A stretch of DNA of 64,000 nt, from assembly GCA_964291235.2 (NCBI GenBank), contig OZ219816.1, positions 800,001 through 864,000 on the forward strand. The letters are read 5' to 3'. Positions 8,313 to 17,390 of this stretch are shown here, one piece after another. The first letter of the stretch is position 1. Each line of letters starts with the position of its first letter. A model generated the notes under the pieces. The model was not told the DNA's origin and did not search any database. It saw only the letters and a list, made by a program, of their open reading frames with translations. Both the position numbers and the translations under genes were made by a program. This DNA is from Vicinamibacteria bacterium. GTDB taxonomy: Bacteria > Acidobacteriota > Vicinamibacteria > Marinacidobacterales > Marinacidobacteraceae.

Positions 8313-9713
8313 ATGACACGCCCGCGATTTCCTGAGAGTGGCGAGTGGATGGAATCCAGCAGAATCGTCATCATCGGAGGCGGTCTCGCCGGGCTGAGCG
8401 CCGCCTACACCCTGAGAAAGCGCGGCCTGCGTCCCGTGCTGCTCGAGGCGGGCGACCGGGTGGGCGGACGCGCGCTCGGCGACCGGGTGGACGGCTTTGC
8501 GCTGGATGCGGGTGCGGACTTCTTCTGCTCGTCCTACGACGTCGCGTTTCGCATCTGCAAGGAACTGGAGTTGCCCCTGCTTCGTTCAAAGATGAACCTT
8601 GGCTGGTACAGAAACGGGCGATGGGTGCTGACGAGGCCGCCCGAGTCCATTGCTGCCGTCACCCGGAGTCTCAAGGCGTTCTGGGTGTTGGGCTTCATGT
8701 CGCCCCGCGTAGTCTGGTCGTTCGCAAGGTTGGCCCGGGAGATTCGCCAGCACTCGGACTACCTCAGTTTCGCTGGCGACAGCCGCATCGTCGAGCTTGA
8801 CGGGGAGGAGACTTTCGGCGACTACCTGAACAGGCTGGGAGTGCCCGAGTCCTTGAAGGTGACGCTCCGTGGATTCCTGGAGATGACGATGGGCCGTGTC
8901 GAGCGCTCCGGGGCGGCGTACATGCGGACCTATCTGGCGGAGATGCTGCTGAAGAGCGATCAGCTCTACGTGCCGGAGAAGGGCGCGGGCGCACTCACCC
9001 GCGCCTTGGCCGAGGCATGCGGCGACACCATTCGGGTCTCAACGCCGGTCCGGCGCGTCGTCATCCGGGATGGGCTGGTGACCGGGGTCGTGACGGGTCA
9101 CGGCCTTGTGGAGGCGGACGCGGTCATCTGCGCCATCCCCGCCACCAGGGTCTCGGACATCATTCCCGACCTGCCGGCCGGGGTTCGGACCACGCTCGAC
9201 AGCGTCAGCTATTCGAGCGGTTGCCGCGTGGTGATCGGCCTCGACCACCCGCCGCTTCCCCCGGGATGGCACGGCGCGTTGTACCCCGAGGACGACACCC
9301 CGCTCCTGCTCGACCGGTCCATCAACCTGCCCGCATGCGCGCCGCCCGGCAAGAGTACTCTGGATCTGCTCGTGGGTCGCGGCCGTGCCGAGGAACTGCT
9401 GCCGCTGGACGATGAGGAGATCAAGCGCCGAATGCTCGCCGACGTGCGTCGCAATCCCCCTCCGGGGTCGGCGCTGCCGAGCGACGACGAAGGGCTGTTT
9501 ACTCGCATCTACCGTTGGCCGGAGGCCGTGTGCATGGCACGGCCGGGCATGTTCAGGAAGGTGGCGGACATGCGTCGTCAACTCGGGGGAGAGGTAAGGA
9601 ACCTCTTCCTAGCGGGTGACTACCTGCGGGTACCGTCGGTCAACGGCGCTCTGGCGAGCGGCGTCGGAGCGGCCGGTGAGGCGGCGGACCTGGTGGTGTC
9701 TCAGCGGGCTTAG
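8313..9713 (+). CDS. FAD-dependent oxidoreductase, flavin amine oxidase / protoporphyrinogen oxidase-like family (paralog 1)
   Basis: IIGGGLAGLSAA, LLEAGDRVGGR, DAGADFF, C-terminal LAGDY...SVNGALASG. Alternative start at ATG 8349. Confidence 0.88.
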   Translation: MTRPRFPESGEWMESSRIVIIGGGLAGLSAAYTLRKRGLRPVLLEAGDRVGGRALGDRVDGFALDAGADFFCSSYDVAFRICKELELPLLRSKMNLGWYRNGRWVLTRPPESIAAVTRSLKAFWVLGFMSPRVVWSFARLAREIRQHSDYLSFAGDSRIVELDGEETFGDYLNRLGVPESLKVTLRGFLEMTMGRVERSGAAYMRTYLAEMLLKSDQLYVPEKGAGALTRALAEACGDTIRVSTPVRRVVIRDGLVTGVVTGHGLVEADAVICAIPATRVSDIIPDLPAGVRTTLDSVSYSSGCRVVIGLDHPPLPPGWHGALYPEDDTPLLLDRSINLPACAPPGKSTLDLLVGRGRAEELLPLDDEEIKRRMLADVRRNPPPGSALPSDDEGLFTRIYRWPEAVCMARPGMFRKVADMRRQLGGEVRNLFLAGDYLRVPSVNGALASGVGAAGEAADLVVSQRA

Positions 9714-9771
9714 GCTCAGGAAGGGTTCACGGACAGTTCGGGCTGCGCCGGACGGATGAGATCCCCGCTGT

Positions 9772-9899
9772 CCCGCGCGGGTGGCGTCGATCGTGAGAAT
9801 GATCGGCCGGAAGCGCCGGGTGGAGTTCGCGGTCCCGGTATCGATCCTCGCGATGACCCACTCTCCCTCGCCTCGGGAAGCGGTGCGAACGCCGACATG
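9772..9899 (-). pseudogene. Collapsed RND permease relic made of three colinear micro-fragments
   Basis: Hand alignments: 9772-9818 vs 11524-11570 (41/47 nt, RRFRPIILT); 9820-9872 vs 12693-12746 (about 46/54); 9879-9899 vs 6523-6543 (20/21, MAAFAPL). Confidence 0.85.
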
Positions 9900-9973
9900 C
9901 AGGATGGGTTGACCCATCGGCTTCCTTCCGGTGTACTGGCTTGGTGAACGGTCCGTTGCCTCCGAGAGGGTGG

Positions 9974-11338
9974 GTGGATTCCAGCAGAATCGTCATCATC
10001 GGAGGAGGCCTCGCCGGGCTGAGCGCCGCCTACGCCCTGGGGAAGCGCGGCCTCCGTCCCGTGCTGCTCGAGGCCGGCGACCGGGTGGGCGGACGCGCCC
10101 TCGGCGACCGGGTGGACGGCTTTCGGCTGGATGCGGGTGCGGATTTCTTCTGTTCGTCCTACGATGTCGCCTTTCGGCTATGCGAGGAGTTGGGGGTGTC
10201 CCTCCTGCGCTCGCAGATGAACCTCGGCTGGTACCGAAACGGCCGTTGGGTTGTTACGAAGCCGCTCCAGTCCCTGGGTGCTGCCCTCACGGATCTGCGT
10301 TCCTTTCGGGCGATGGGGGTCTTTTCCCCGCGTTCCGCTTGGGCGCTCCTGAGGCTCGTCGGGGGAATCCACCGACAGGCGAGTTACCTCAACTTCCGGA
10401 GCGACTGCCCCATCGCGGAACTGGACGCGGAGGAGACCTTCGGCGAGTACCTGGAGCGGCTGGGCGCCCCCGAGTCGCTGAAACTGCTCCTCAAGGGGTT
10501 CCTGGAGATGACGATGGGTCGCGTCGAGCGCTCCGGAGCGGCGTACATGCGTACCTACATAGCCGAGATGCTGTTGAAGAACCACCTCATCTACGTGCCG
10601 GAGCGGGGCGCCGGCGCGCTCGCCCACGCCCTGGCCGCGGCATGCGGCGACGCTATTCGGGTCTCAACGCCGGTCGGGCGCGTGGTCATCCGGGACGGGT
10701 TGGTGACCGGGGTAGCGACGGGTCACGGCCTCGTGGAGGCGGACGCGGTCATCTGCGCCGTGCCGGCGACCCGGGTGCCGAACCTCATTCCCGACCTCCC
10801 GGCAGGGATTCGTCACGCGCTCGACAGCGTCAGCTATTCGACTGGTTGCCGCGTGGTGATCGGCCTCGACCACCCGCCGCTTCCCCCCGGATGGCACGGC
10901 GCGCTGTACCCCGAGGACGACACGCCGCTGCTGCTGGACCGCTCCATCAACCTGCCCGCGTGCGTGCCCCCCGGCAAGAGCACTCTGGATCTGCTCGTGG
11001 GTCGCGGCCGCGCCGAGGAACTGCTGCCGCTGGACGATGAGGAGATCAAGCGCCGAATGCTCGCCGACGCGCGTCGCAATCCCCCTCCGGGGTCGGCGCT
11101 GCCGAGCGACGACGAAGGGCTCTTTACCCGCATCTACCGTTGGCGGGAGGCCGTGTGCATGGCCCCGCCGGGCATGTTCCGGGCGATGTCGCAAACGCGC
11201 CGCAGGCTCCGCCGCGAGGTCCCGAACCTCTTCCTGGCGGGCGACTACCTGCGGGTGCCTTCGGTCAACGGCGCCCTCGCCAGCGGCTGCGCGGCGGCCG
11301 GCGAGGCGGCGGATCTGATGCGATCCCAGCCGGCGTAG
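9974..11338 (+). CDS. FAD-dependent oxidoreductase (paralog 2)
   Basis: Same motifs as 8313-9713 with long near-identical stretches. Start at GTG 9974 after GAGAGGG (the track gives 9941). Confidence 0.88.
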   Translation: MDSSRIVIIGGGLAGLSAAYALGKRGLRPVLLEAGDRVGGRALGDRVDGFRLDAGADFFCSSYDVAFRLCEELGVSLLRSQMNLGWYRNGRWVVTKPLQSLGAALTDLRSFRAMGVFSPRSAWALLRLVGGIHRQASYLNFRSDCPIAELDAEETFGEYLERLGAPESLKLLLKGFLEMTMGRVERSGAAYMRTYIAEMLLKNHLIYVPERGAGALAHALAAACGDAIRVSTPVGRVVIRDGLVTGVATGHGLVEADAVICAVPATRVPNLIPDLPAGIRHALDSVSYSTGCRVVIGLDHPPLPPGWHGALYPEDDTPLLLDRSINLPACVPPGKSTLDLLVGRGRAEELLPLDDEEIKRRMLADARRNPPPGSALPSDDEGLFTRIYRWREAVCMAPPGMFRAMSQTRRRLRREVPNLFLAGDYLRVPSVNGALASGCAAAGEAADLMRSQPA

Positions 11339-11354
11339 GTGGGCTTCGGCTCGT

Positions 11355-14300
11355 TCAGGGGGTCCTGCGGAAGACGCCGAAGGCATCGTCGGCGAGGCTG
11401 CAGAGCGCCGGCACGATCAAGAGAGTGACCAGGGTGGCGAAGGCCACGCCGAAGGCGAGAGAGACGGCCATCGGCACCAGCAGTTGCGCCTGGACACTCT
11501 GCTCCAGCATCAGGGGAGCAACCCCCGCGCAGGTGGTGACCGTCGTGAGCATGATCGGCCGGAAGCGCCGCGGGCCCGCCCGGAGCGCCGCCTCGGTGGC
11601 CGACAGGCCGCGGCGGCGCTCCCGGTTGAAGAAGTCGAGCAACACGAGGGCGTCGTTCACCACGATCCCGACGAGCGGCACCATGCCGAACACGCTCGTC
11701 ATGGACAGGTCCATGCCCAGGAGCGCGTGACCGAAGACGGCGCCCGCCAGGCCGAACGGAACCGCGGCCATGATGACGAACGGCTGGGTCCAGGAGGAAA
11801 GCGGCAGTGCCAACAACATGTAGATGAGCAGCATCGCGAGGAGGGCATTCCGACCGAGCGCCGCGAAGGTCTCTTCCTGCTCCCCCGCCATCCCCACCAC
11901 CTCGAAGAGAAGATCCGGGAAGCGTTCCGAGATCGCGGGAATGGACCGGTCGCGGACCCCGCCCAGCACGGCCGCTGGTGAGGCGAGAGCCGGGTCCACG
12001 CTGGCATGAACCGTGGCCGCCCGCCGTTCGTCCACCCGCTGGATGACCGGCAGGCCGTCCTCGCGGGCGAGTTCCGCGACCTGCTCAAGCGGCGCCCGGC
12101 TGGTATCGGGCCGCCGTACCTGCATCTCCCTGAGGCTGCCCAGGTCCTCGCGGCCCGCCCGTGAATAGCGAAGAAGAATCGGTACCTCGTCCCGTCCGCG
12201 CTGGATCCGCTGGATTTCCTCGCCGTGGAACGCCTGGCGCATCTGCCTGCCGAACTCCGCGGCGCTGATCCCGATCCCGGCGCCCTCCGGGCGGACGCGG
12301 GCAACGAGTTCGGGGGCCGGATCTTCGAGGTCGTCCCATGTGGAGACCACCCCCCGATAGTCGCGCAGCGCCGATTGGAAGGCAGCCGAGGCTTGCCGCA
12401 GTTCGTCCATGTCGGCGCCGCTGATGCGCACCGAGACGTCCGCGTCCTGGCCGAGTATCGAGGTCGACACACTCGCCTCGGCACCGTGCGGGAGGGTACG
12501 GACGGCAGCGCGCAGTTCATCGGCGAACTCTCCGGGCGAAAGCCCTACCTGCTCTTCGGCGGGGATCATCTCCAGCATCAGTTGCCCGATCGCCCCACCG
12601 GAACCGGCGGCCGCTCCTCCGGCGGGTCCGCCGGGCCCGAAGGACAGGGTCTGTCCCGTCAGGACGGCGAGATGGAGTTGCGGGTCCGCGCCGTGGAGTT
12701 CGCGATCCCGGTATCGAATCTCCGCGATGGCCGACTCCACCTCGCCGACCGCTTCCCTGGTCGCCTCGAAAGAAGAGCCCGGCGGAAGGGAAACCCGGGT
12801 GACCACCACATCGCCGTCGATGGGGGGGGCGGGGTTGACGGGAATCCAGCCCCCCTCGACCAGCCCCATCGAAAGGGCGAGGGAGAGGACCCCGAGCGCC
12901 AGGGTTGTCAGCCGGTTTCTCAGAGACCAACCCAGCACCGGCCGATACAGGGTGTCCGCGGTCCATTGGAGCCCCGACTGGATCCGCGCGCGCAGGGCGG
13001 CCACCCGGCGGCTGGGACGGACAGCCAACCCGCCGTGCGCCATATGGTGCGGCAGGATCCAGGCGGCATCCAGCAGCGAGAAGGCGAGCACCGGGATCGC
13101 GACGCGCGGCAGCTGCCCCATGACCTCGCCCCAAAAACCCGGCAGGCCGAGAAGGGGGGCGAAGGCGGCCATCGTGGTCAGGACCCCGAAGGCCGCCGGA
13201 AAGAGCACTTCGCGCACACCTCTGAGGGCCGCGGCTTCCTTGTCCCCCTTCGCCCCCGAGGTATGCCGCTCGATGTTCTCCCCGACGACGATGGCGTCGT
13301 CCACCACGATCCCGAGGGTCATGATGAACCCGAACAGGGTGAACATGTTCACGGTGACGCCCAGTCCGGGCATCATGAGGAAGCCCCCGAAGAATGCCGC
13401 CGGGAGGCCGGCGGCGGTCCAGACCGCGACCCGGCTCGAAAGGGTAAGGAAGAGCAGCAGGAAGATGAGCGTGAGGCCCTGGAGGCCGTTGCGAACCAGG
13501 ACATCCATGCGACTCTCGAAGAGAACGGCGGCGTCCAGCCAGGGAGTCACCTGCAGGCCGCCGGGCAGCGTGATCTCCCGCACCGCCGAACGAACGTCGG
13601 CGGCGGTTTCGACCAGGCGCGCCCCCGTCGCGAGCAGGACGTTCAGGAACACCGCGGGCTCGCCATCCATCCGCGCGATCCGATCGACGTCGGCGAACCC
13701 GTCGGTGACGGTCGCCACGTCCCCGACGGTCACGACGCCGCTTCCCGGAACGGCGATCAGCGGAATCCGGGCGAAGTCCTCGGCGGTCACCGCTTCTGCT
13801 TCCGTCCGGAACCGCACCTCCCCATCTCCCGTGCGGATCGCGCCGCCCGGCAGGTCCGCGGAGCCGCGCCGGAGAGCGGCGGCAACCTGATCGAGCGTCA
13901 GCCCGAATCGGGTCAGTACATCCCCCTCGATCTCGATCGCAACCTCGTATCGCCGACCGCTGACGATCTCCACCCTGGCGACTCCCGGCTCCGCGGAGAG
14001 CACCTCCCGCACCAGGTGCGCCGCTTCCGTCAGACTGCGTTCGTCGGCTTCGCCGTGGACAGCCACCCGGAGCAGCAGCCGCTCGACCGCCACTTCGGAA
14101 ATCACCGGATCTTCGGCGTCCTCCGGCAGGGTCGCGAGAGACTGGACGCGCTCCTTCACCGTGTCGGTGACGCGCTGGAATTCGGCCCAGGACTCCACCT
14201 GGACGGTCAGCAGACCGACGCCCTCGGACGCCATACCCGCGATCTCCTTGACGCCCGACACGTCGCGGAGAGCCTCCTCGAGGCGAAGCAGCACGCTCGC

Positions 14301-14519
14301 CTCGACGACCTCCGCGCTGGCTCCCGGGAAGACCGTGCGGATGGAGATTCCCGAAGTCTCGGTTTCGGGAATCAGCTCCTGCGGTACCCGTCCGACGGTG
14401 AGAAACCCCGCGACCGAGATCCCGAGCAGCAACAGATTCGCTGCCACCCGGTTCCGGACGAACCACGCGATCACCCCCCGCGAGGGTTCGGCCGCCGGGG
14501 TGGACGACGGGGTGTCCAA
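11355..14519 (-). CDS. RND efflux permease, AcrB/AcrD/AcrF family (paralog 2)
   Basis: GIVVDDAIVVGENI, GIVVNDALVLLDF, RFRPIMLTTVTT; 1054 aa. Confidence 0.93.
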   Translation of the reverse strand: MDTPSSTPAAEPSRGVIAWFVRNRVAANLLLLGISVAGFLTVGRVPQELIPETETSGISIRTVFPGASAEVVEASVLLRLEEALRDVSGVKEIAGMASEGVGLLTVQVESWAEFQRVTDTVKERVQSLATLPEDAEDPVISEVAVERLLLRVAVHGEADERSLTEAAHLVREVLSAEPGVARVEIVSGRRYEVAIEIEGDVLTRFGLTLDQVAAALRRGSADLPGGAIRTGDGEVRFRTEAEAVTAEDFARIPLIAVPGSGVVTVGDVATVTDGFADVDRIARMDGEPAVFLNVLLATGARLVETAADVRSAVREITLPGGLQVTPWLDAAVLFESRMDVLVRNGLQGLTLIFLLLFLTLSSRVAVWTAAGLPAAFFGGFLMMPGLGVTVNMFTLFGFIMTLGIVVDDAIVVGENIERHTSGAKGDKEAAALRGVREVLFPAAFGVLTTMAAFAPLLGLPGFWGEVMGQLPRVAIPVLAFSLLDAAWILPHHMAHGGLAVRPSRRVAALRARIQSGLQWTADTLYRPVLGWSLRNRLTTLALGVLSLALSMGLVEGGWIPVNPAPPIDGDVVVTRVSLPPGSSFEATREAVGEVESAIAEIRYRDRELHGADPQLHLAVLTGQTLSFGPGGPAGGAAAGSGGAIGQLMLEMIPAEEQVGLSPGEFADELRAAVRTLPHGAEASVSTSILGQDADVSVRISGADMDELRQASAAFQSALRDYRGVVSTWDDLEDPAPELVARVRPEGAGIGISAAEFGRQMRQAFHGEEIQRIQRGRDEVPILLRYSRAGREDLGSLREMQVRRPDTSRAPLEQVAELAREDGLPVIQRVDERRAATVHASVDPALASPAAVLGGVRDRSIPAISERFPDLLFEVVGMAGEQEETFAALGRNALLAMLLIYMLLALPLSSWTQPFVIMAAVPFGLAGAVFGHALLGMDLSMTSVFGMVPLVGIVVNDALVLLDFFNRERRRGLSATEAALRAGPRRFRPIMLTTVTTCAGVAPLMLEQSVQAQLLVPMAVSLAFGVAFATLVTLLIVPALCSLADDAFGVFRRTP

Positions 14520-14547
14520 GACGTGAACCCGGCCCCGACCTAGCGGC

Positions 14548-15741
14548 TCACTGCGGGTCTGAGGCCAGCGGCACTTCGTTGGCGGCTTCCACCAACGCCA
14601 CCCGCACCTCCATACCCTCGGTCACGATCGCGGGAGGATTCGTCACCACCCGCTCCCCGTCGCGGAGGCCGGCGCGCACCAGCAGGTTGCCGTCGCCGGA
14701 CGACCAGAAGGCGTCCACCTCACGGATCCGGATTCGGTCCCCGCTGTCCACCACGAGCACCCGTCCGTCCTCCCGGAACGCACTCCGCGGAACGACCGCG
14801 ATCTCCGGATACTCCCGACCCTCGATTTCGGCGCGCACGAACATCCCGGAGACCAGCGGGGGACGCCCCTCCGGTCCCGGCCCGTTGGGGTTCCTCACCT
14901 CGATCACCGCGGGGAAGAATCGCGTGGCGGGGTCCACCTCACCTTCCATCCGAACCAGCCGGCCTTCCCAGGTCCACGTGGACGACGCGAGCGCCGGTCC
15001 CAGGACCGCCGTCAGGCGCGCCCGCGGCCCCTGTCCCGAAGAAGCGCCTCCGAACGGAAGTTCCACCAGTTCGAGCGCGGCATCGGGCAGGGACACGCGT
15101 GTTTCCACCATATCCACTGCGAGCAGCTCGAGAAGCGGGACGCCGGGCGCGGCCCATTCTCCGACCTCTGCGTTCCGCTTTCCCACGAGGCCGGTGTGCG
15201 GCGCCCGCACCTCGGTCCGTTCCAGATCCCGCTCTGCCCGCTTGACCGCTGCCTCCGCGGCGGCAAGCGCCGCCCGGGCCGCCGCGAGTTGGGGAACCCT
15301 CAGCGCCAGCGGATCCGGCTCGGTCCCTTCTCCCGACCACTCCTCCTCCGCGAGCCGAGCCAACCCCTCTTCGGTCCGCAGCCGCAACCGGGTCGCTTCC
15401 AACTGGCTCTTCGCCTGGGCCACCGCGTGCTCATACGCCAGGGGTTCGATGCGGAAAAGGGCCGCTCCCTCTTCAACCCGATTTCCGTCCCGGAGGCCCG
15501 CGGCGGCCCACACCACCTGGCCTGCCACTTCGGCCGCGACGGTCGTTCGGTGTGCCGGACGCACCGCACCGTCGGCGCTCACCGTCACGCGGTGTGGTCC
15601 CACCCGGACGCGAACCGCGCGCACCTCCGGGGTCACGGTCTGAATTTCCTGGGCTTCGGGCTTCGGCCCGAGCGCCGTGAGCAGAGCCACCAGCACCGCC
15701 GCGGCCAGCAAAATGGGAATGAAGAGGAACTTCCGGAACAT
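14548..15741 (-). CDS. RND periplasmic adaptor (membrane fusion protein)
   Basis: N-terminal anchor, AEVAGQVV, LERTEVRAP.TG.V, GMFVRAEIEG, GLRDGERVV. Start overlaps the OMF stop (TGATG). Confidence 0.92.
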   Translation of the reverse strand: MFRKFLFIPILLAAAVLVALLTALGPKPEAQEIQTVTPEVRAVRVRVGPHRVTVSADGAVRPAHRTTVAAEVAGQVVWAAAGLRDGNRVEEGAALFRIEPLAYEHAVAQAKSQLEATRLRLRTEEGLARLAEEEWSGEGTEPDPLALRVPQLAAARAALAAAEAAVKRAERDLERTEVRAPHTGLVGKRNAEVGEWAAPGVPLLELLAVDMVETRVSLPDAALELVELPFGGASSGQGPRARLTAVLGPALASSTWTWEGRLVRMEGEVDPATRFFPAVIEVRNPNGPGPEGRPPLVSGMFVRAEIEGREYPEIAVVPRSAFREDGRVLVVDSGDRIRIREVDAFWSSGDGNLLVRAGLRDGERVVTNPPAIVTEGMEVRVALVEAANEVPLASDPQ

Positions 15742-17246
15742 CAGCGGGGACTCCCCGTCGAGCCGTCGGCCCCCGCCGGCGCGTCACCGTTCGCGCGTTC
15801 GAACCCGCCCCCGAGCGCCAGCGACAGGTTCACCCGGTTATCCAATCGAGCCCGCACCCGCGAGAGATGGCCGGACTCCGCCATCAGGACCGCCCGCTCC
15901 GCATCAAGCTCCGCCAGCCGCGAAACGAACCCGCTTCGACGCTGGGCCCCGGTTCGCGTCAACGCCCGCTGGCTCGCGGAAAGCGCCTCGGCCGACCGTG
16001 ACTCCACCTCGGAGAGCGCTTCCTCCGCTGACAACGCCGCTTCCACTTCTTGGTACGCCGTCAGAACCGTCCGGGCGTACACCGCGAGCGCCTCCCGGTC
16101 CCGCGCCTCCTCGTGGCGGATCTGCGCCCGGATGCGCCCCCCCTGGAACACCGGCGCCGCGATGCGGGCGATCAGGCTCCAGACCGAGAAATCCCCGTTT
16201 ACCAGGTCTTTCAGCCCGGTGGTGGCGGTGCCGGCCGAACTGGTCAGGGGGAACTGCGGATAGCGCGCCCGCCGCGCCATTTCGGTGAACTCCTTGGACA
16301 TCGCGAGCCGCCGCTCCGCGCTCGCCACGTCCGGACGCCGGGAAATGAGATCCGCCGGCGCCCCTGCCGGGACCGGGCTCCCGACCGCGGGAAGGCCGCC
16401 TCCGAGTTCCCAGTCCGGCCCCGGTTCCCCGTCGGGATAGTCGGTGAAGAGCACTTCGAGGCCCCGCACCGCCGCGGAAACCGCTTGGCGGCGGCTGGCG
16501 GCAGTCGCCCGCGCCTCGGCGAGCCGGGCTTTCGCGGCATCCACCTCGGCGAGCGCCGCTTCCCCGATCCGGGCCCGTTCGCCGGTCCACCGCACCGTCT
16601 CCTCCAGGCTCGCCGTGATTTCTTCGGCGATTCGGGCCTGTTCCCGGGCTTCGACCGCGAGGAAATACAGGCGTGCCGCCTGCCCCGCCAGCGAGACCCG
16701 CGCCCCTGCGACCTCGGCCACCGCCGCTCCCACCACCGCATTCGCGGCCCGCGCCCGCGGCGACGCCGCCCGCCAGAGATTCGCTTCCCAGGTCAGATCG
16801 AGCGAGAGCCCGTAGCGAACGAAGTCGGCGGTAAGTACGTCTTCCTCTCCGAGTCCCGGGATCGGCAGCCCGACGGAACCCGCGATGTCCGAAATGGGCA
16901 GCCCGATGAAGGCCTGCCGCGCCTGGATGCGTTCCACCCCGGTCCCGATCTGGGGATAGAGCGCACTTCGCGCCACTCCGGCGTCCGCCGCCGCCTGGGC
17001 CAGCCGGGCGGCCGCCTCCTGAAGCGTCAGGTTTCCCGAGAGCGCTCGCTCCACCACGCCGTCGAGCGCCGGATCCCCGAACGAGGTCCACCAGTCCGCC
17101 GCCGGCGTCTCGGCGACTTCCACGACCGCCGGTGCGGGGGTGAACTCGACCTCCGGGTCCGAAACGGGAATGCGCAGGCCGCCGCAGCCGAGGCAAAGCG
17201 AGACGGTCGCTCCGAGCGGGAGAAGGCGCTGTGCGGCGGTTCGCAT
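15741..17246 (-). CDS. Outer membrane efflux lipoprotein (NodT/TolC family)
   Basis: Lipobox-like LCLGC, WWTSFGDPALD, PADLISRRPDVASAERRL, LSLALGGG. Start moved to ATG 17246. Confidence 0.9.
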   Translation of the reverse strand: MRTAAQRLLPLGATVSLCLGCGGLRIPVSDPEVEFTPAPAVVEVAETPAADWWTSFGDPALDGVVERALSGNLTLQEAAARLAQAAADAGVARSALYPQIGTGVERIQARQAFIGLPISDIAGSVGLPIPGLGEEDVLTADFVRYGLSLDLTWEANLWRAASPRARAANAVVGAAVAEVAGARVSLAGQAARLYFLAVEAREQARIAEEITASLEETVRWTGERARIGEAALAEVDAAKARLAEARATAASRRQAVSAAVRGLEVLFTDYPDGEPGPDWELGGGLPAVGSPVPAGAPADLISRRPDVASAERRLAMSKEFTEMARRARYPQFPLTSSAGTATTGLKDLVNGDFSVWSLIARIAAPVFQGGRIRAQIRHEEARDREALAVYARTVLTAYQEVEAALSAEEALSEVESRSAEALSASQRALTRTGAQRRSGFVSRLAELDAERAVLMAESGHLSRVRARLDNRVNLSLALGGGFERANGDAPAGADGSTGSPR

Positions 17247-17390
17247 AACGAGTGCCCGGAGTGTATTCGCTCGGCTCCGGCGGGCGTCGGAGCGTCCCGC
17301 CCTGTTGAAGGCAGAACCCCGGGTCGCGTACGATCGTGGGTTCAGACTGTGCCAATTCCTGGGCTTCGGCCTGTGCCATCGGAGGCTTTC

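Noticed and set aside
4230-9899. Gene fragments as template repeats of a diversity-generating retroelement
   Set aside because: No reverse transcriptase in the window, mismatches are not confined to adenines, and indels are present.
8313-11338. Calling the flavoproteins hemY, hpnE or crtI
   Set aside because: Only family-wide FAD motifs are visible; there is no heme or hopanoid gene context to justify a symbol.
17347-17378. Sigma-54 promoter (TGGCAC on the minus strand, twice)
   Set aside because: No TTGC-like -12 element at the required spacing after either copy.
16050-17390. N-terminal 447 aa of the 1039-aa ORF
   Set aside because: Antisense to the OMF gene; the RBS and signal peptide point to a start at 17391.
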